Below, in pieces: positions 58,201 to 64,000 of a DNA stretch of 64,000 bases. This stretch comes from Candidatus Heimdallarchaeum endolithica (lineage in GTDB: Archaea; Asgardarchaeota; Heimdallarchaeia; Heimdallarchaeales; Heimdallarchaeaceae). Position numbers and translations under genes: made by a program. Positions within the stretch are counted from its first letter, which is position 1, and every line of letters begins with the position of its first letter. Where the stretch lies: contig CP084167.1 in the NCBI GenBank assembly GCA_021513715.1, positions 3,040,001 through 3,104,000 on the forward strand, given 5' to 3'. Below the pieces are notes generated by a model. It was not told where the DNA came from. It did not search any database and worked only from the letters and a program-made list of their open reading frames with translations.

Positions 58201-61200
58201 ACGAAGTCAATATTTATAGTACTGACCCTAACAATTCTGACACTGACAGTGATGGTATGCTTGATGGTTGGGAAGCGGATAATAGTCTGGATCCTTTAAC
58301 TGATGATTCTTCATTAGATCCTGATAGTGACGCTTTAACTAACTTGAATGAATATCAAGCTGGTACTGACCCTAATGATTCTGATACCGATAATGATGGT
58401 TTAATTGATGGCGATGAGGTTAATATTTATTCTACTGACCCTACTAATAATGACACTGACAGTGATGGTATGCTTGATGGTTGGGAGATAGGTTGTGGTT
58501 TAGACCCTCTTGTTGATGATTCTTCATTAGACCCTGATACCGATGGATTAACTAACTTGGAGGAGTATACTAACTCTACTGACCCTACTAATAATGATAC
58601 TGACAGTGATGGTTTAGTCGATGGTGATGAGGTTAACATTTATTTTACTGACCCTAATAATAATGACACTGACAGTGATGGTATGTCTGATGGTTGGGAA
58701 GCGGGTAACAGTCTGGATCCTTTAATTGATGATTCTTCATTAGACCCTGATAGTGACGCTTTAACTAACTTGGATGAATATCAAGCTGGTACTGACCCTA
58801 ATGATTCTGATACCGATAATGATGGTTTAGTCGATGGTGATGAGGTTAATACTTATTCTACTGACCCTACTAATAATGACACTGACAGTGATGGTATGTC
58901 TGATAGTTGGGAAGTAGACAACAGTCTGGATCCTTTAACTGATGATTCTTCATTAGACCCTGATAGTGACGCTTTAACTAACTTGGATGAATATCAAGCT
59001 GGTACTGACCCTAATGATTCTGATACCGATAATGATGGTTTAGTCGATGGTGATGAGGTTAATACTTATTCTACTGACCCTACTAATAATGACACTGACA
59101 GTGATGGTATGCTTGATGGTTGGGAAGCGGGTAACAGTCTGGATCCTTTAATTGATGATTCTTCATTAGACCCTGATACCGATGGATTAACTAACTTGGA
59201 GGAGTATATTAACTCAATTGATCCCAATAATAATGACACTGACAGTGATGGTTTAATTGATGGTGATGAGGTTAATATTTATTCTACTGACCCTACTAAT
59301 AATGACACTGACAGTGATGGTATGTCTGATAGTTGGGAAGTAGACAACAGTCTGGATCCTTTAACTGATGATTCTTCATTAGATCCTGATAGTGACGCTT
59401 TAACTAACTTGGATGAATATCAAGCTGGTACTGACCCTAATGATTCTGATACCGATAATGATGGTTTAGTCGATGGTGATGAGGTTAATACTTATTCTAC
59501 TGACCCTACTAATAATGACACTGACAGTGATGGTATGCTTGATGGTTGGGAAGCGGATAACAGTCTGGATCCTTTAATTGATGATTCTTCATTAGACCCT
59601 GATACCGATGGATTAACTAACTTGGAGGAGTATATTAACTCAATTGATCCCAATAATAATGACACTGACAGTGATGGTATGCTTGATGGTTGGGAAGTAG
59701 ACAACAGTCTGGACCCTTTAATTGATGATTCTTCATTAGATCCTGATAGTGACGCTTTAACTAACTTGGATGAATATCAAGCTGGTACTGACCCTAATGA
59801 TTCTGATACCGATAGTGATGGTTTAATTGATGGTGATGAGGTTAATACTTATTCTACTGACCCTAATGATTCTGATACCGATAGTGATGGTTTAATTGAT
59901 GGTGATGAGGTTAATACTTATTCTACTGACCCTACTAATAATGACACTGACAGTGATGGTTTAATTGATGGTGATGAGGTTAATACTTATTCTACTAACC
60001 CTGTTGATTCTGACACTGATTCTGATGGACTAACAGATGGTGACGAAGTCAATATTTATAGTACTGACCCTAACAATTCTGACACTGATGATGATGGTAT
60101 GCCTGATGGTTGGGAAGTAGAGAATAGTTTAGACCCTTTAACTAATGATTCTTCTTTAGACTCTGACAATGATGGATTAACTAATATTGAAGAATATTCT
60201 AACTCTACCGACCCCAATAATAGTGATACTGATTCTGATGGTTTAACTGATGGCGAAGAAGTCAATACTTACGGTACTGACCCTTTGGTTTCTGACACTG
60301 ATTCTGATGGTATACCTGATGGTTGGGAAGTAGACAACGACTTGAATCCTTTGACTAAAGATAGTTCATATGATAATGATGATGATATGTTGTCAAACTA
60401 TTATGAGTATGTCTATCACACTGACCCTAATGATCCTGATACTGATGATGATGAATTAGATGATTATAAGGAAGTAATGGTTTTTCATACTGATCCTTTG
60501 GATTCTGATACAGATAATGACGGTTTAACAGATGGTGAAGAAGTAAACATATATTCAACTAATCCCAAGAAATCTGACAGTGACAATGACGGTGTTTCAG
60601 ATGGTGATGAGGTGAATGTTTACAGAACTGACCCTCTTGATTCTGACACTGATTCTGATGGTATCTCTGATGGAGAAGAAATAAAACAAGGTAAGAATCC
60701 TAAAACTCCTTTAATCATTGTTTCTTTAATGCTATTATTTGGTAGCCAGCGTAATATAATTATTGCAGGGGTAGGAATTACAGTAGTATTTGTAGTAATT
60801 TCTTTATTAGTTATAGTTACAATTAAAAAGAGAAAAAGGAAAGAAAGAGAAATAAAGAAGAAAAGAATAAGCAAAAGAAAAAAAACTCTATTAAACATTT
60901 TTAACGATAAGTTAAGTTCAATTGAAAATGATTGGCTATGGATAGAGAAAACTCAAAAATTAGGTCAAAATTTATTCAACCCTGAATATTCTGAGAAAAT
61001 ATCAGAATTGTTTGTGAATACAATCAATCTTTTAGTAGACTTTAATTACAGTTTCACAGAAAATATCAGATATTTAACAAATCCTAATTGGTTAGATTTA
61101 AAGAAGCGATTAAATACATTACTTGATAAATTTAGAAATTTCTTACTAAGAGAACTAAAAGAAATTGATGTTAATGAGAAATTTAACGAAATCAGTGAAG

Positions 61201-61766
61201 AATTAAAGAAAGTAGCATTAGAAAATATAGAAAACTTATCTGAAGAAAAATTATTGCAACCGTTTAATATTTTACTTAATACATTATCACAAATTGAGAA
61301 ATCAATAAAAAGAACTGATGATTTTATTAATGAATTCACTTTTTCTAAACTTTCATATTACTGGGGAAATTTAACTGATATCATAACTAATTTGAAACTA
61401 GATGTTGAAGATAAAAAAGAAGAAATTAGAAAAGATGTTGAAGAAATAAGTAAAGTGCTTAAGGATAAAAAGATGAACGTTGAGAGGATAGAGACGCTTA
61501 ATAAAGTGGTTTCAGTTTATAAACAGATTTCACTAACCAAACTGGCTTATATGCTCAAATTTTCTTCTTCCTCTGCGTTAATTTACTGGTTATCAAAGCA
61601 AAATTTAGATGTTTCTTATATAGTCGTTGATGATGAAATAATTTTTGATAAACAAGAAGAAAAGGAAGAAGAATTAGACTATGATAGTGAAGTGGCAAAA
61701 GCAATAGATTCTCTGTTAAAGCAATATGATGAATGGTCAAAAGGTGATGAAGGAAAAAAGATTTAA
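55278..61766 (+). CDS. 2162-aa single-pass surface protein: FG-GAP/VCBS-like region, beta-sandwich, TSP3-like Ca-binding repeats, TM, cytoplasmic helical and PCI-like domain
   Basis: DLDEDKIPEI, DFDLDGNVDL, DLDNDGNPNV, DYDHNGYTDI; many DTDSDGLxDGxE..TDP units; TM IIIAGVGITVVFVVISLLVIVTI then KKRKRK. Confidence 0.85.
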   Translation: MLSDAKISFLLILIILPSFTIMYENVNIQTSNLKNEENNKNKIYSLNNSDNKKISRNTNQNNYNNIRYNTKNNDFDKIYFSSLPEKAKWVERNESFTGRVLYSLCDLDEDKIPEIITFSDVNGQIQDRREPGYTKFLEYNETTGTFSNELLSISTIGPTIYYPVEAYTDNEAYLLEKTFSDNYPDNIFVWKKWNGTGLVNVSSETYIKNDGLYDCDSYDFDLDGNVDLVCNWGYYTGLWTRLELENGLFSSTDYSFYNGGRSIFVSDLDNDGNPNVAVLYASGKINIYNYNPSINDFQFQQQISGISSLKVMYPWDYDHNGYTDIIVVSTPSEAVIYSYEWDSTSSSYIQKLSYAIPGATGSQWTGIPRYCDLLGNGEITMVFDIVRNSRSEIGFITYENNNFVFNSIYNHTDSSKIFPITAQIDDDAEREVLVNYEKNVDEYYTKILDLEAFNESRYFETFDTNIFDSSPNSLYSWSKSGSSVIVSDGLLKILADGTNDDYAKISLSNETRSIQIRARVTLNGDKYSYPEIIIKNDNADIIANFTFSQIDGWRLPQLGYLRDYRGPTVKGVWYDLMINFGDNSLTFYTKKPYQDYWRYIARFNISGNLNNLFFYQRNNAEIEIESVDIYYSGYDTDSDGLTDNDELNIYFTDPNNNDTDSDGMSDGWEVGNSLDPLTDDSSLDPDSDALTNLNEYQAGTDPNDSDTDNDGLVDGDEVNTYFTDPTVSDTDSDGLVDGWEVDNSLDPLTDDSSLDPDSDALTNLGEYQAGTDPNDSDTDNDGLVDGDEVNTYFTDPNNNDTDSDGMSDGWEVDNSLDPLTDDSSLDPDSDALTNLDEYQAGTDPTVSDTDSDGMLDGWEIGCGLDPLVDDSSLDPDNDGLTNLDEYQAGTDPNDSDTDSDGLIDGDEVNTYSTDPNDSDTDSDGLIDGDEVNTYSTDPTNNDTDSDGLIDGDEVNTYSTNPVDSDTDSDGLTDGDEVNIYSTDPNNSDTDSDGMLDGWEADNSLDPLTDDSSLDPDSDALTNLNEYQAGTDPNDSDTDNDGLIDGDEVNIYSTDPTNNDTDSDGMLDGWEIGCGLDPLVDDSSLDPDTDGLTNLEEYTNSTDPTNNDTDSDGLVDGDEVNIYFTDPNNNDTDSDGMSDGWEAGNSLDPLIDDSSLDPDSDALTNLDEYQAGTDPNDSDTDNDGLVDGDEVNTYSTDPTNNDTDSDGMSDSWEVDNSLDPLTDDSSLDPDSDALTNLDEYQAGTDPNDSDTDNDGLVDGDEVNTYSTDPTNNDTDSDGMLDGWEAGNSLDPLIDDSSLDPDTDGLTNLEEYINSIDPNNNDTDSDGLIDGDEVNIYSTDPTNNDTDSDGMSDSWEVDNSLDPLTDDSSLDPDSDALTNLDEYQAGTDPNDSDTDNDGLVDGDEVNTYSTDPTNNDTDSDGMLDGWEADNSLDPLIDDSSLDPDTDGLTNLEEYINSIDPNNNDTDSDGMLDGWEVDNSLDPLIDDSSLDPDSDALTNLDEYQAGTDPNDSDTDSDGLIDGDEVNTYSTDPNDSDTDSDGLIDGDEVNTYSTDPTNNDTDSDGLIDGDEVNTYSTNPVDSDTDSDGLTDGDEVNIYSTDPNNSDTDDDGMPDGWEVENSLDPLTNDSSLDSDNDGLTNIEEYSNSTDPNNSDTDSDGLTDGEEVNTYGTDPLVSDTDSDGIPDGWEVDNDLNPLTKDSSYDNDDDMLSNYYEYVYHTDPNDPDTDDDELDDYKEVMVFHTDPLDSDTDNDGLTDGEEVNIYSTNPKKSDSDNDGVSDGDEVNVYRTDPLDSDTDSDGISDGEEIKQGKNPKTPLIIVSLMLLFGSQRNIIIAGVGITVVFVVISLLVIVTIKKRKRKEREIKKKRISKRKKTLLNIFNDKLSSIENDWLWIEKTQKLGQNLFNPEYSEKISELFVNTINLLVDFNYSFTENIRYLTNPNWLDLKKRLNTLLDKFRNFLLRELKEIDVNEKFNEISEELKKVALENIENLSEEKLLQPFNILLNTLSQIEKSIKRTDDFINEFTFSKLSYYWGNLTDIITNLKLDVEDKKEEIRKDVEEISKVLKDKKMNVERIETLNKVVSVYKQISLTKLAYMLKFSSSSALIYWLSKQNLDVSYIVVDDEIIFDKQEEKEEELDYDSEVAKAIDSLLKQYDEWSKGDEGKKI
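57178..60690 (+). repeat. Coding tandem array of about 50-55 near-identical 60-66-bp units
   Basis: Recurrent GACACTGACAGTGATGGT, ACTGACCCTA, GATGATTCTTCATTAGA blocks, with higher-order duplications. Confidence 0.93.
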
Positions 61767-61943
61767 TTTTTCTATAATTGAAGGTTAAATGTTTTTTAAT
61801 CTTTTAGCACTAAGTTTATGTAAACAATAGTTGAATATTATGGCTGTTTTGTTGAAGATAATACAAGATTATACAATTTTAGTTTCTAGTTTTCTTCTCT
61901 CTTTCGATAATTTTACATACTCTCTTGATTTTCGTTATTTAAC

Positions 61944-62588
61944 ATGACATTAACAGATTTTCCTTATATTCAAGTTGCTTTGGATATTATTGATTTAAAA
62001 TTTCTTGAAAAGGTTTTATCTTTTCTTCCTAATAGTAATAAATTGCTTATCGAAGCAGGCACTCCTTTGATTAAAAAATTTGGTTCCGGAGTGATTAATA
62101 CCATTAGACAATATTTTCCTGATTCTTATGTTATTGCAGATATGAAAACTTTGGATGTAGGAAAAATTGAAGTAAAGATCTGTGCAGATGATGGAGCAAA
62201 TGCTATGGCTGTAAGTGGATTAGCTCCTTTAGAGACAATAGTTTCTTCTATTAAAGCTGGAAAAGAGAGGAATATCGATATCATTTTGGATTTAATGAAT
62301 GTAGCTGAACCGTTAAAATTACTTTCTGAGCTTCCTGAGCTTCCTAAGATAGTACTATTTCATAGAGGGATAGATCAAGAAGGGAATATGGAACATCCTT
62401 GGAATTTAATCCAACAAATAAGAAAAGATTTTCCGCACGTTTTAGTCGCAGTAGCTGGAGGATTAAACCTTGAATCAAGTGTAAAAGCTCTTTCTAAAGG
62501 TGTTCAAATTATTGTTATTGGAAGAGCAATAACTGCTTCTGAGGACATAACTAGAAGTTGTAATGATTTCTTGAAACTTCTTAAATAA
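61944..62588 (+). CDS. 3-Hexulose-6-phosphate synthase-like (OMPDC/HUMPS barrel)
   Basis: QVALD, IEAGTPLIK, ADMKTLDVG, HRGID, AVAGG, IGRAIT. Confidence 0.88.
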   Translation: MTLTDFPYIQVALDIIDLKFLEKVLSFLPNSNKLLIEAGTPLIKKFGSGVINTIRQYFPDSYVIADMKTLDVGKIEVKICADDGANAMAVSGLAPLETIVSSIKAGKERNIDIILDLMNVAEPLKLLSELPELPKIVLFHRGIDQEGNMEHPWNLIQQIRKDFPHVLVAVAGGLNLESSVKALSKGVQIIVIGRAITASEDITRSCNDFLKLLK

Positions 62589-62612
62589 AATAAGCAAATA
62601 GAAAAAGAAGTT

Positions 62613-63899
62613 TCATTGTAATTTTTCTCCTTTTTTTGAATTGTAGATTGTTGCTACGATTATTGATAAAATAAGTAGTATACCCACAATGGAAGCATAA
62701 AGCCAAGGTAAGTTATAGTTTATGTTGAAGAGTACTCCTGAAACATAAGAGGTGGCAGCATAACCCAAAAAGAAAAGAGTAGTTGAAATAGAGTAAAGCA
62801 ATGAGAAATGTTCTTTTGGTAATTTAAAGGTGTAAATGGTGAAAATTACTGGAAAGAATAGTGCTTGGGCAATATTTTTAACAAATAGAAATGTAGCATA
62901 AAGAGCTACTGATTCGTAGTAGAAGTAAAATAAGAGCAAATTAAAGGTAGTTAGTATGGAAGCAATCAAAAGAAGGTAGTAAGTTAAATTTTGTCTTTTA
63001 GAGACCAATAGTCCTACAAAAGGAGAGATAAGAATAAAGCTCAGTTGTGAAAGGCCTAGGAGAGTACCAACTAGACTTTCTGATAAGTTTAGGACATTTT
63101 TTCCATAAATAGAGAAAAGAGGGTTAGTTAAACCTGCAATTACTCCATATAAAGCGAAACTAAAGGAGAAAAAGAGGAAAATTTGAGAAGTAAGTAATTT
63201 AAACTTGAATTTGGCTTTTTTCTTTCCTTGTTTTAAATCAATTCTTCTCGTAAAGTGTCGTAGTTCTGCTTTTCCTTCTATAAAAAGCAATTTAAACACA
63301 ATCATTCCCACAATTGCAACAACAACAATGACTATTAAAAGAACAATTGGAGGAAGATAATTTAATACAAAACCCAAACCCACTGTACCAATAAGATTTC
63401 CCAACCTTCCAAAACTGGAAATTAGAGAATTATATAGCCCTTTGTATTTAGATCTCAGGTCAGAAACTATTAATCTGCTACTAAGACTATACATGTTGTT
63501 ACTTATACGAAGAACAACAAAAAGAAGAGAAACTATAACGATGTTAGTAGTAAAAATTAACCCACCAACACCTATAATCATAAGAACAAATGAAGTCATA
63601 ATAGTTAGTTTCCTTCCATATTTTTCTAACAACCAAGCAGTAGGAATACGAGCAAAAATACCAGCAAAAGTATAAATTGTAACAATTAATCCCCATTCTA
63701 AAGCTATTTGCTCTGCAGATTTAGTAGTAACTTTTTGTAAATAAAGAGGGTAAAGCTGTTGAAGAGCCATTAGGACAAAAAAACCAATGAATTGTGAAAC
63801 TAAAAAAGGAATAATTTCTCGTGTTTCCTCTGTTTTCATAATTTTAAATAAAGTTAAATCTATCTCTTCTTCATCTGTAGGAATAATGGGTTCAGTCAT
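62613..63899 (-). CDS. MFS transporter
   Basis: About 12 TMs and motif A-like WLLEKYGRK. Confidence 0.85.
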   Translation of the reverse strand: MTEPIIPTDEEEIDLTLFKIMKTEETREIIPFLVSQFIGFFVLMALQQLYPLYLQKVTTKSAEQIALEWGLIVTIYTFAGIFARIPTAWLLEKYGRKLTIMTSFVLMIIGVGGLIFTTNIVIVSLLFVVLRISNNMYSLSSRLIVSDLRSKYKGLYNSLISSFGRLGNLIGTVGLGFVLNYLPPIVLLIVIVVVAIVGMIVFKLLFIEGKAELRHFTRRIDLKQGKKKAKFKFKLLTSQIFLFFSFSFALYGVIAGLTNPLFSIYGKNVLNLSESLVGTLLGLSQLSFILISPFVGLLVSKRQNLTYYLLLIASILTTFNLLLFYFYYESVALYATFLFVKNIAQALFFPVIFTIYTFKLPKEHFSLLYSISTTLFFLGYAATSYVSGVLFNINYNLPWLYASIVGILLILSIIVATIYNSKKGEKLQ

Positions 63900-64000
63900 T
63901 AATATAAAAAAAATTATTCATTTAAAAAATGTTTTTAACTAGCAAAAAATAGAAAATAAAGATGGTTTTGAAAAGCTAAGCTATTGAAATGTCGTTTTAT

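Noticed and set aside
57178-60690. Regularly spaced repeats resembling a CRISPR array
   Set aside because: No unique spacers, the units keep frame inside a long ORF, and there are no cas genes.

Overview
AT-rich (roughly 30% GC by eye) archaeal chromosomal segment, most likely from an Asgard archaeon (Heimdallarchaeia-like). The assignment rests on rpS17e, archaeal pilins, a beta-CASP RNase, an ESCRT-II Vps22/Vps36 (EAP30)-like gene and longin-like proteins. Most genes are housekeeping or metabolic: class II RNR, TldD/PmbA, pyrBI, udp, class II HMG-CoA reductase, prenyl synthase, two MIPS paralogs, an ABC exporter, IorAB and HPS. Best candidates for new biology: (1) NrdJ carries five inteins, one followed by Arg instead of the normally required Cys/Ser/Thr and one ending in Asp. 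(2) An intact, translationally coupled operon of complex I membrane-arm-like subunits (J/K/L-tail/N) has lost most proton-pumping residues and lies behind two paralogous cell-surface proteins. (3) A 2162-aa receptor-like protein has about 50 Ca-binding repeats and a cytoplasmic PCI-like tail. (4) A decayed IS481-family element with a perfect 17-bp target duplication splits a membrane-protein gene. No rRNA, tRNA or CRISPR array was recognised. All family assignments come from motif recognition by eye, not database searches.
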